Positions 1 through 10,123 of a DNA stretch of 64,000 bases are shown here, in pieces. The stretch lies in the NCBI GenBank assembly GCA_016748015.1, contig JAAOMT010000261.1:384733-448732 (forward strand). Direction: 5' to 3'. The position numbers and the translations under genes were made by a program. The DNA comes from Geosiphon pyriformis uo1. Lineage: Eukaryota; Fungi; Glomeromycota. Within the stretch, counting starts at the first letter, position 1. The number at the start of each line of letters is the position of its first letter. The notes beneath the pieces were generated by a model. It did not search any database, was not told the origin of the DNA, and worked only from the letters and a program-made list of their open reading frames with translations.

Positions 1-305
1 AATCAACCTCAAAATTGCACTCGAAATCTCGCCAGGAGCAATAATTCAAATCACCTTCTAGTCCTCTCTGACAAGCAAAGAAATCAATGTCAGAGGAGAA
101 ATAATCGATGCTGGATATACTGGAGACATAACAGTAATGCTTCAAAATGAAACTGACAAACCATTCAAGATCAAACATGCTGAAAAAATTGCCCAAGCTA
201 TTTACCTACCTTTAATCAACATTTCAGGTTTGCAACTAGTCAATCAAAGAGAACAATTAGGAAAAAGCGATAGAGGAACCCAAGGTTTTGGTTCAACTGG
301 ACGAT
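1..305 (+). pseudogene. dut: dUTPase domain of A1 (partial, one in-frame stop)
   Basis: Motif III EIIDAGYTGDI, motif IV EKIAQAI and motif V RGTQGFGSTG of trimeric dUTPases. Confidence 0.92.
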
Positions 306-448
306 TCACAGTTCCAGTTAATATAGCTCTTAACATACAGAACGAATCCCACCAGATTCTCAGACTTCCACAACTGATTACTATCTCACCCTTTAGAGAA
401 CATCCAGAAATCTACACCTGCCCAAAGTCAACAACTCCACAACAAATT

Positions 449-705
449 CAAGACAACAGCTGGATCAACAAACAGTCGCTACAGGCTTAGAGCTGTTCTT
501 AAACTTTATAACCTATTCCACATCTGTGAAAACATACTGCAAAACCCAATTTTTCAACCTTTGAAGATTCAATATATTAGAAAGCTCACAGAACTAAAAT
601 TTCAACAATTTTCAGACCAAATTTCTTTAATAATTTTGAATTATTATCTGGAAATAACAGACAGTACTTGGACTTCGACAGAGCTCAGTCTTAAGGAGAA
701 GGTTA
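449..705 (+). pseudogene. C-terminal remnant of accessory ORF3 of A1
   Basis: Translates to ...LKIQYIRKLTELKFQQFSDQISLII..., matching the C-terminus of ORF 5255-5809 and its read-through. Confidence 0.8.
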
Positions 706-1685
706 TGTTATCAGATGAAATTAGAGATATTATTTAGCATGAAATTATCTTATAATTCCTATCATTAATTAGCATATATTATTGTTTCAAATAATTACTT
801 ATTACATTAGCAAAAATGTCCGAAATTATCATTTAATTAATAACCCAAATTGTACACAACACAAATATAACCTAATTGCGATGATCAATCATGCAATACC
901 CCAAACTATGTAACATTCAGAAGTTCGCCAAAATTTGTAGAAATTCACCGAAATAATTAATAGTTTACCAAAATATCTAATAGTTCGCCGAAATAACTTG
1001 TAGTTCGCCAAAATGTATCTTTAGTTCAGCAAAATTGTAGAAAATAGCAAAGTTCAAGTTTATAAAATAGTGTTACAACAAGTTGTATAAAAGAAGAGCT
1101 TCTCTCTTCGAGAAAATGTATCTTACTTTAGATTTATCACTTAGAACCATTTCTACACACACAAAAAGAAATAAATACCAAATAATTTGAAAAACCAAAT
1201 TTTTTAATTATTGCCCTTAGAAAATTCCCAAAAACCAACTAACATTTCGAAATTGATTAGCTACCAATTTCAGTAAACTGTTAGTGACTCCAGACCTGGA
1301 TAGAAAACGTTTCTTTTAACAAAATTCTATTTCTTTTACATTTCTTTTCTTTTTCTTTTCTTTTCTTATTACAATCATTAGGATAGCCTACAGACAAGAT
1401 TCCTGTAGAAGAGTTGACTTTCACAGCAAAGTAACTACACATTTTTAGTGAGCTTCCAGACGAGCAATTCCTGGGAAAGAGTTGACGTTTACTACAATGT
1501 AACTACATAAAGTAACTGACAAGGAATTGGCTATTCTACTTATAAGCCCAGCAGTTCAAATTATAAAAGATAATTTGAAGATAAATTCAGTTATTGGAGG
1601 TTCAACTACTTCCTGAAAAACATGAATTCACAGCAAATCAACATTACCAACATTTAAGAAAAGAGACCAAAAACCTCCAGTAACA
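706..1685 (+). repeat. 3' LTR of A1 (~980 bp)
   Basis: Starts TGTTA right after the PPT and ends TAACA; homologous to 4147-5121 and 10124-11098. Confidence 0.93.
921..1045 (+). promoter_or_regulatory. U3 array of ~6 AGTTCGCCGAAA-like motifs upstream of TATA-like TATAAAAG (1086-1093)
   Basis: Degenerate copies recur every ~20 bp, and the array is present in all three family A LTRs. The enhancer role is inferred. Confidence 0.55.
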
Positions 1686-2295
1686 ATATATATCAATAAC
1701 AGTTAGAAAGAAAAAGACAGATCTCCCAGTTTAGATTTAATCTAAGCAATCATCCAATTCACAAATATTAATAAATAATTATTTGATATCTCAAATTCAC
1801 TCTTCACTATCAACACTTCATGTTGATAATAATTGATACTTAACCATACTGGAACAATAGCTCTTGATTATGGCTATTGACACAATACTAACATTCATTG
1901 CCTTGATTTATTTTTCTTTTTTTTTTTTTCTTTTTGTTATTTTTTTGTTTTACTAATTGATTGAAGATTAAGCACTAAGTTATTGACATCAAAGATAGCT
2001 TAATAAAAGATCCCAAAAAAAGGGTATAAGAATTGAGAATTTAAGGATAGCTTACCAAAAAGACATCTCTGCCAGATTACCAGCCACCATGTTGAGAAAA
2101 AAATTCAACAGAATTGTAATTTTGGAAGGCTACTGGGAAGATAACAATTGAATCTCTGTTCATTATACAAAGGACTTTACCAAAATCTTCAAATACAAAC
2201 AATTTACAAATATTACCAACACTCATAATTAGCTATTAAACACCAAGTTATAAGTTGATTATTTGCTTTGAGACTCCAAATAATTATCTGTAATA
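1686..2295 (+). repeat. Distal part of a family-B-related LTR, interrupted by A1
   Basis: Matches the reverse complement of 14452-15090 (TTTAGATTTAATCTAAGCAATC, CACTTCATGTTGATA, CACCAAGTTATAAG); ends ATCTGTAATA. Confidence 0.85.
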
Positions 2296-2352
2296 ATGTA
2301 TTGTACTAAGTAGTATTTGGACCTTACTTGTAAAATATAATAAAAAAAAAAA
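2296..2352 (+). mobile_element. Extreme 3' UTR and A tail of a LINE into which the B-like LTR element inserted
   Basis: ATGTATTGTACTAAGTAGTATTTGGACCTTACT matches the LINE 3' terminus at 2841-2876 (reverse strand). Confidence 0.75.
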
Positions 2353-2821
2353 TTCAAAATGTTTTTTAATTATAAAAACAGCCAAATAAAATGGTATATA
2401 AAACAACATTATTATTTTTTAAAACTTGTTTTTTTTTTAAAAAAATAAATTTCGGTTTTTTATTAGTTTTATATTATTAATACCAAAAATTTCTTTTTTT
2501 TTATGTTCAAAATCTTTAATATTTTATTTTTTTGTACTAAAACTATTAATTATTATTAATAACAACATAACCAAAAAAAGTTTTTTAAAAAAATTACTTA
2601 TAATTTTATTGGTAGTGGTTTTATTTAAAAGTTAAAAAAAACAAAAAAAATATAAAAAATTTTAATAATAATAAAAAATTTTTTTTTGAACAAATTATTT
2701 TTAATTAAGATTTTAAATAACTTTAATAAATATAAGAACATAAAAACTAATTTAAAATATAAATTAAATTTAAAAATAATAATAAAATTAAAACTTTTTT
2801 GAATTTTTAAACTAATATTTC
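2353..2821. other. Near-pure A/T spacer
   Basis: Very few G/C; lies between two tail-to-tail LINE ends. Confidence 0.8.
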
Positions 2822-2953
2822 TTTTTTTTATTTTTATTTAATGAGTGAAGTCCAAATACTGCTTAGTATAATACATTATACAAATGATCTAAAGTAGGTG
2901 TGAATCATGTATTTTTTACATGTAACCAGTCATTTAGATTAATCAGGACAACA

Positions 2954-4146
2954 CTAGACACTTATATGAACAGAAACTGTGTCCTTTATAATTGAAAAAA
3001 ACAAACAAGATTTACAAAATCCAAAATCTACTCCTACTGTATCAGTTATACCCAATAATTTAACTATGTCAGCTGAAAACATTGAAAAAAAATCTGATAT
3101 CAGAGCAGAAATGGAACTATCATGTGGAATCAGACTGTTTTTTTTCATAAAAGCATGGTGCTTGGCATATACCAATCAAATATTCTTCCAGAACACAAGA
3201 CAGAAATCATGCACAAAATCCACAATATGTTGACTTACAATCTTAGAATTTTTAAAAACTGAAACAGATTCATGATACCAATCATTAAAAACAAAACTCT
3301 TGGACAGTGCTATGCTAACTACAATGTCAGAAACACAAGTGGACAACATTTATAAAACATAAAAAAAAAAATGAAGTAAACCAGAATGCACACCCCATAC
3401 AGACACATAAGTACTCAACAACTAAGCATGACCAGCAGCATTAAATGGACAAGAAAAGGCATGGTTGGATACCTTAACATCATCACAGAACAAGCAAACC
3501 ACACTGGGGTAATACTTATTATATATTCACTTATGCACAACAACAGGAAGCTGATAATGGAAAGCTTTCATGAAATATGTCTGAGAATTAATAGTTCATT
3601 TACTAATAAAACCAGCTGCCAAGTGAGAATCAGAATGCCATACCAAAAATGATTTGAGCCAATTAATCTCTACACACATACTATCTATCATCATCTAAGA
3701 ACCAGAACTAGTTTCTCAATGTACACAATTAACAGACCAAAAAATCCCTCAAATAAAATGTATAGAATTACCAAAAATTACAATATTATTAGCCTTAAGA
3801 TAACTTTTACTAATCAAATAAGGTAGATATCAATTGGAAATAGCAGCTGCTTTAGCAAACATATCAGCTTGCTTATTCCCAGAAACACCAAAGTAATCTC
3901 TAACCTTATGCCAACTAACATCTAAATTTTTGTGATAAATAATACTTATAATATAACAATGTTTGATTGAATACCAATTCCTAAAATCCAGATAAATAGA
4001 CTTTAAATTCGACCTACACACATCCAAAGCAGTCTGGCTGTCCATAAACAGGTCCACAGAATAAGAAGGAAGAATACACTCAAGAGCCAAAGCAATAGCC
4101 TGCAGTTTTATTATAGTGGAAGACAACAGACCAGAAACCTATACAC
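2954..4146 (-). pseudogene. L1 ORF2 C-terminus: RNase H second half and CCHC zinc finger
   Basis: LQAIALALEC...LFMDSQTAL...GNKQADMFAK; ends VSVHISV. Confidence 0.88.
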
Positions 4147-5121
4147 TGTTACCGGAGGTTTTTGGTCTCTTCTTAGCTCTTGTATGTTTATTGTAATGTT
4201 GTTAATTCACGACTATGGAAAGTGTTTGAACCTCCGATAACTAAATTTTATTTTCAAATTATTTCCTATAATTTGAACTTACTGGGCTTATAAGTAGAAT
4301 GGCCAATTTCATGCCAGTTGCTTTGTGTAGTTACATTGTAGTAAATGTCAACTCTTTTCCAGAAATTGCTCATCTAGAAGCTCACTAAAAATGTGTAGTT
4401 ACTTTGCTGTAAAAGTCAACTCTTCTACAGGAATTTTGTTTGTAGACTACCCTAATGATTATAATAAGAAAATAAAAGAAATATAAAAGAAATAGAATTC
4501 TGTTAAGAGAAACATTTTCTATCCAGGTCTGGAGTCACTAACAGTTTACTGAAATTGGTAGCTAATCAATTTTAAAACATTAGTTGGGTTTTGGTAATTT
4601 TTTTTCCAAGTACAATAATTAAAGAATTTGGTTTTTCGAATTATTTGGTATTTATTTCTTTTTGTGTATGTAGGAATGGTTCTAAGTGATAAATCTAAAG
4701 TAAGATATATTTTCTCGAAGAGAAAAGCTCTTTTTTTATACAACTTGTCATAACACTATTCTATGAACTTGAACTTTGCTTTTTTCTACAATTTCGCTGA
4801 ACTAAAGATACATTTTGGCAAACTACAAGTTGTTTCTGCAAACTGTTAGATATTTCGGTGAACTATTAATTATTTTGGCAAATTTCTACAAATTTTGGCA
4901 AACTTTTGAATGTTACATATTTCGGGGTATTGCATGATTGATCATTGCACTTAGGTTACATTTGTGTTATGTACAAATTGGATTATTAATTGATTGGTGA
5001 TATTTGATAATTTGATTGAATAATAATTAATGATTTTAAAACAATAATATATGCTAATTAATGATAGGAATTATAAGAGTAATTTCATGTTAATTAATAT
5101 CTCAAATTTCGGTTGGTAACA
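4147..5121 (-). repeat. 3' LTR of A2
   Basis: Direct repeat of 10124-11098; adjacent PPT AAGAAGAAGGTTA at 5122-5134 (minus). Confidence 0.96.
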
Positions 5122-5809
5122 TAACCTTCTTCTTAAGACTGAGCTCTATCGAAGTCCAAGTACTGTTTGTAATTTCCAGATAGTAATCCAAGATTATTGA
5201 AGAAATTTGGTCTGAAAATTTTTGAAATTCCAGTTCTGTGAGCTTTTCAATGTATTAAATCTTCAAGAGTTGTAAAATTGGGTTTTGTAGGACATTTTCA
5301 CAAGTGTAAAATAGGTCATAAAGCCTAAGAGCAGCTCTTAGTTTATAGTGACTGTTTGTAGGTCCAGTTGTTGTTTTGAATTCGTTGTGGATTTGTTTCT
5401 GAATAGCTTCTTTTGTAAGATTTGCTGCTGTAAGCTCCTGTTTTTGTTCATGAAGTGTTTTTCTAATGTAGAAATATTTATATATTAAGGGGTATTTGCT
5501 GTTTTTTTCATTAAGACACAGTTGAAGTTTTTGTTGAATAGTAGCATTTGGTGGAATACTAATAGGGGTGAGCAATAAATTTTCCCTTAAAGCAAGCTTC
5601 AAAAGTTCTGGTAAATGAATTTCAGAATAACTTCTTGTGTTCTTTTTGTAGGGGTGATAATTTTGTAAATTTGGGGCTAAATTGGCAACTATTTCTGTTT
5701 GGGTATAATTAATATGTTTTCCTGTAATAGTAATAGATAATTCGGATATTGTCTTTAGAGCTAGCATTAATTTTTGAGATATTTGTTGAATATTTTGAGG
5801 GATAGTCAT
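5122..5809 (-). CDS. Accessory ORF3 of A2 (184-aa open part 5255-5809; originally ran on towards the PPT), function unknown
   Basis: The stop at 5255 is TAA where A1 has CAA. Homologous to family B 15340-15977. Confidence 0.75.
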
Positions 5810-6283
5810 TATAAAAATTTGAGTGAAAGAAAAATAGATTGAAAAATATTTTTGGTATGTGAGTTTTTATGTTTATTTTTGTCTTTTCAGTGTGTTTTGT
5901 TTTGTGAAATGATTTTTAATTTTATATGAGAATATCTATAGTAAATTTAAATTAAGTATTCAAGTTGAGAGGTTGTTCAATAACAACTCTTGGTTCTAAA
6001 TTTTGGGGAATATTTTCAGGCTTAATTAAAGGGGAATGTGTACTAATTTGTGGAATTAATGGTTTAGGATTGTTTTTGGAATGATAATGTTTGGAATCAA
6101 GATTTTATGTTTCAAGCAGATTTGTTTATTGGACTCAAAAATTTGTTGTGTGGTTGTTGGCTTTAGACAGGTGTAGATTTCCAGATGTTCTTTAAAGAGT
6201 GAAATAGTAATTGGTTGTAGAAGTCATAAAATCTGGTAGGATTTACTTTGTTCATTAAGAGCTATGTTTACTGAAACTGTGAA

Positions 6284-6700
6284 TTATCTAATTGAACCAA
6301 AACCATTGGTTCCTCTTTCACTTTTTTCCAATAGTTCTCTTTGACTGACTAATTGTAAACCTGAAATGTTGATTAAGGGTAAATAAATGACTTGGGCAAT
6401 TTTTTCAGCATGTTCAATCTTAAACGGCTTGTCAGTTTCGTTTTGAAGTATTACTGTTATGTCACCAGTGTATCTAGCATCGATTATTCCTCCTTTGACA
6501 TTGATTCCTTTGCTTGCCAGAGAGGACTGGGAGGCGATTTGTATCATTGCTCTTGGTGAAATTTCAAGAGCAATTTTGAGGTTGATTTTTGTGAGGAATT
6601 TGGGTTTGAGAACAAGAGTATCCTTGTCTGGATATCTTAAGTCATATCCAGCATCAATTTCATGTGCTTTCTCGAGTTTTATTCTTTGTTCATTGTTGTG
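6284..6700 (-). pseudogene. dut: dUTPase domain of A2
   Basis: DAGYDL, IASQSSLA, GGIIDARYTGDI, EKIAQ, RGTNGFGS correspond to motifs I-V, some degenerate. Confidence 0.93.
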
Positions 6701-6829
6701 GAAGTATTTGAGTTGTAATGCAGGCTGATTTTTGATAAGATAGATGGGTGTTGCTCCAATTTCTTCTGTTGCTTCAGATTCTCCGAATTCAATTTCATTT
6801 TTATCATTTTTATTGGGCAGAGGAATGCT

Positions 6830-7445
6830 AAGAGCATAGCATTCAGGACACCACTTTTCATCACAAGGCATAATACATTCTTCACATAGCCTAATGTTTA
6901 TTTGCTCTAATTGTTGAATTTGAGCTTTTTGGGTTAAATAGGTGTGACTTGCAATTTGGTAGTAGACTTCTACTTCATCTTTATAATCGAATCCAGCTAA
7001 TTCCATAGTGTATTCAATGTATTCTGTTTTCTTTATTTGATGAATATCTTCTTTAGTAGCTCTATTAATTAATGCCATTGCTAGGTCGAAAATCATTTCA
7101 GCATCATGGGGGTAGTAATAAAATTTGTTGAAAGCACTGTTATATGCTGCATTAAAAGGTGTTCCTTTTTTGACTTTTTCTGAGATTGATAAAGCATATT
7201 GGCAGGTTTGATCGCAGACTCCTCCTCTCATTGCTACATCAATCCAATTGCATTCTTCTGGTAGCATATCTCCACAAGTCAAACAAGGGGTATTGTCCCA
7301 TTTTCCACTTCTTTTTATTAGATGGCCCCATTGTTCTTTGTGACAAGTCTTGCAGTAATAACAAGTATGATTTTCATATTCTTCTTCAGGTGAAATGCAA
7401 GCTCCCATTGATGAGAGTTTCTTGTGGCAGTTCTTGCATTTGAGT
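6830..7445 (-). CDS. Cys-rich putative multi-zinc-binding module between protease and dUTPase (within ORF 6284-7597)
   Basis: CKNC..KKLSSMGAC..CYYCKTC..CLTC..C..CDQTC..YPHD..CEEC..C..CPEC. Confidence 0.75.
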
Positions 7446-7699
7446 GGAATGTAAGGGTGTTGTTTTCGTGGTTCTGGTTTTGAATAGAGGACATTCCATC
7501 TGGGTGTCACTGGTTCTTCTGTTTTAAAAGAATCATTTGTTGAAAAATACTGTTGTTCAGTTTTATCAGCCCAATTGGAGGTTGATCCAAGTGCCATAAA
7601 TGTTTCAATGATGGGTTTTTCTCTTTCTGGTTCAAATTCAAAAGCCGGGGCTTTTTCAGAGTGTTTGTTGAATGTACCACAAGTGGCAGGTACTCGGGC

Positions 7700-8060
7700 A
7701 TGTTGTCTTTGGTAAGAGATTTGTAGCTCTTGGGTTTTTCAGTCTAATTTTACATTGGCTTTTTAAAGCCAGTTGTTTCCAACAAGAGCTTAATACTGGG
7801 GAGCATCCATTACAAGAACTTTGACTGAAATGGTAATTCTATCAAGAGTGAATAGAAAATTGTCAATTTCTCTTACTGGAGTCTTTTTCATGCCATCGGC
7901 AGTGACGATTACTGTTTAAGCTGGTTGGTCAACATTTCTCTTTAACTGTTGCATCAACTGGTAAGTAATAATACTCCCAGCAGATCCACTATTTAAGATT
8001 AATCGAATTGGCTTTCCTTCTACTTCAGCTTCTGTATATATTGCAGTTATGGCTTTTTGC
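7700..8060 (-). pseudogene. Retropepsin aspartic protease of A2
   Basis: IRLILNSGSAGSII (catalytic DSG mutated to NSG; DSG is intact in family B), followed by TADG and LLVGNNWL. Confidence 0.88.
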
Positions 8061-8259
8061 TCATTAGCTGCTACATTGCTAAGTAAGAATGGTGATTCAT
8101 TTGCTTCAAATTTGAAAGGGAATATATTTGAAAGATTGGTGTTTTCAGCAATTCTGGCTGGTGGGATTGTGGTAGGAGTATAAGAAGAGTTTTGTTGTTG
8201 TGCTGCAGCTCTACCTTCTGAAAGTGCAGTATGGTAAAAATTCTGTTCTTCTGGCATCG

Positions 8260-10078
8260 TAAGATAACTAAGTTGAGTATGATAGTGGTTGGGTCTTGGT
8301 TGAGCTGAATTTCAGGGAACCAATTGGTTGTTCGAATTGATTCTATTGTTGTTTACTTGGTATCGGCTTTGTGATATGAATTGATTTTGTGAAATTAATC
8401 TTTGAGCAGGCACTTAATAATGTTGTGTGGGTGGTTGTTGATATTGCTGTTGAATTGGCTGTGGGGCAGGCTGATAATAGTTACTTTGATATTGGGGTCT
8501 TGGTAGATAGTATGCTGGTAGTGGTGATTGAAAATAAGATTGCTGTAGTGGAGGGTAATGTTGATTACTCCTATTTTGTTGGTCTCGTTGTAGCTTTCAC
8601 CAATCTCTTTTCCAGTAGCCAGGAATTTCACAATAATGGCAATTCTGAGACTGGTTATTAGAGGGTGATGTGAAGTTGTTTTGATTTCATCTTTGCGGTG
8701 GTTGATATCTTTGGGGTTGCTATTGTTGTTGGTTGGTGAAATAGTTTTCAACTTTTTTTGTGAGTTGGTCAATTTTCTCTTCAGCTGTTAAGCTGGTCTT
8801 TCCAATGGCTAAGTTCATGAGTTTTGTACAATTGGCTTCTTCCATGGCCATTTTATATCTCTTTGCATGCTGAATGGCAGAGTTTAAATCTTCTGGGGCA
8901 TGTGGGTAAACTTTTTTAATCAGTTTATTCTTTAAACCAGCAATAAATTGATCCAAAATTTGAGCATCGGAATAATAATCGTTAGTTTCAAGTTGGCAAA
9001 TTTGTCTGAGAAGTTTGTTGAATTTTCCAATATAAGTCATGACAGATTTGGAGAGTTCTTGTTTGATATTGCAAAAATGGTTTCGAAGTGTGATTAAGGT
9101 GTTGTTATCAGTGAATTGTTCTAAGAAGGCAGTTTTGAAAACTGTCCAGTCATTAAAAGGGGTGGTCAAGTTTTTGAACCATTCACCTGCTGTTCCTTTG
9201 AGAAAGTAGGGAATTGTTCTTAACATTCTGGCAGCATTCCATCCATTTGCATCTCCAGCTTTAGTAACTTGGTCAAGCCATTTTTGGGGACTGGTCTCAA
9301 TGTTTTCTCTATTAAATTCAGGGATTTTTGCAATATATGCTGTCATTTCATCTTCTTTGTTTTTACTGTCTATTGATTCTTCTTCAGATATTTCAGAGTC
9401 GTTTTCTTCGTTTGCTGCTGTCTCAGAGTATTCACTTCAATTTTTAGCTAGAAAGTCAAAGAGATTGGAACTAGTTTGAAGAGGTTCTTGTTGTCTGGTG
9501 GGGCTTCCAGATAATGTAAAATCTTCTAGTCTTGCGAATCGATTTAAGGGTAAATTAGGTGTTTGTGTTTGTGCAAGTGAAGCTGGAAAAGGTGTAATAG
9601 TAAGTGGAAGTTTTGAACTGGTTCTTTGTTCAGGTGTTTGTAAGTGTTTGGCAGTTGTTTTTGGTAGTATTGGAGTATTTGGGGTGGTTTTTGAGTATTG
9701 CTTCAATTTTTGTTTGCTTTTGTTGCTTGTTTCTGTCTTTGATCCAAAGTCAATAGAGTATTGAGACTGTACTGAATATGTTTCTTCACAGTACTTGATA
9801 ATATTAAAATTAAGTTCTTGAAAGTAAGTGGCAAGTGTTTTGCTGTTAAGGTCTTCAGTTTCCAACTGTGAATAATGTACTAAATTATTGTAAAGGTTGC
9901 TTCTAACTTTTAAGATATTGTAATTTCCAAAAAAATAATTGTTGATGCGGTTTTCAATATATTGGTATACTAATTTCTTGACAACTTCAATTCCGTCTGA
10001 AATGTTGAATCTTTGCTTGCAGTGGGTGTAAATTGACTGGTAATACTCTAGAGTTGTTGCATCTAGTGTGGTCATCAC
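8260..10078 (-). pseudogene. gag: Gag of A2: N-terminal helical domain, capsid (8720-9346), degenerate CCHC knuckle (~8600-8640)
   Basis: IPYFLKGTAGEWF..FKTAFLEQF..IKQ..SVMTY..QILDQFIAGL is a retrotransposon-gag pattern; CHYCEIPGYWKRDW. Same frame as protease and dUTPase. Confidence 0.9.
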
Positions 10079-10103
10079 TTTGAAGTTGGTTTTGCTGTGT
10101 TGT

Positions 10104-10121
10104 TTCCGTAAGAGAGCACCA
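10104..10121 (-). promoter_or_regulatory. Primer binding site of A2 (TGGTGCTCTCTTACGGAA)
   Basis: Begins TGG, 2 nt inside the 5' LTR boundary; complementary to a tRNA ...GAGAGCACCA end. Confidence 0.85.
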
Positions 10122-10123
10122 AA

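Larger units (their letters stand above)
1..1685 (+). mobile_element. 3' part of Ty3/Gypsy family A element, copy A1 (dUTPase, deleted interior, PPT, 3' LTR)
   Basis: Colinear with the reverse complement of 4147-6590: dUTPase motifs, then PPT AAGGAGAAGGTTA (693-705) and an LTR TGTTA...TAACA. Confidence 0.93.

Noticed and set aside
1-305. dUTPase as a host or phage gene
   Set aside because: It is in-frame within the Gypsy polyprotein and bounded by LTRs in the complete copies.
921-1045. Spaced short repeats resembling a mini CRISPR array
   Set aside because: Units are ~12 bp with ~8 bp gaps, lie inside LTRs, and there are no cas genes; the context is eukaryotic.
4546-4743. 65-aa ORF repeated at 10523-10720
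   Set aside because: It lies inside the LTR, so the repetition is trivial. It has no ATG start, is interrupted in A1, and shows no motif.
5255-5809. ORF3 as an env gene
   Set aside because: No evident signal peptide, furin site or transmembrane anchor, and it is too short.
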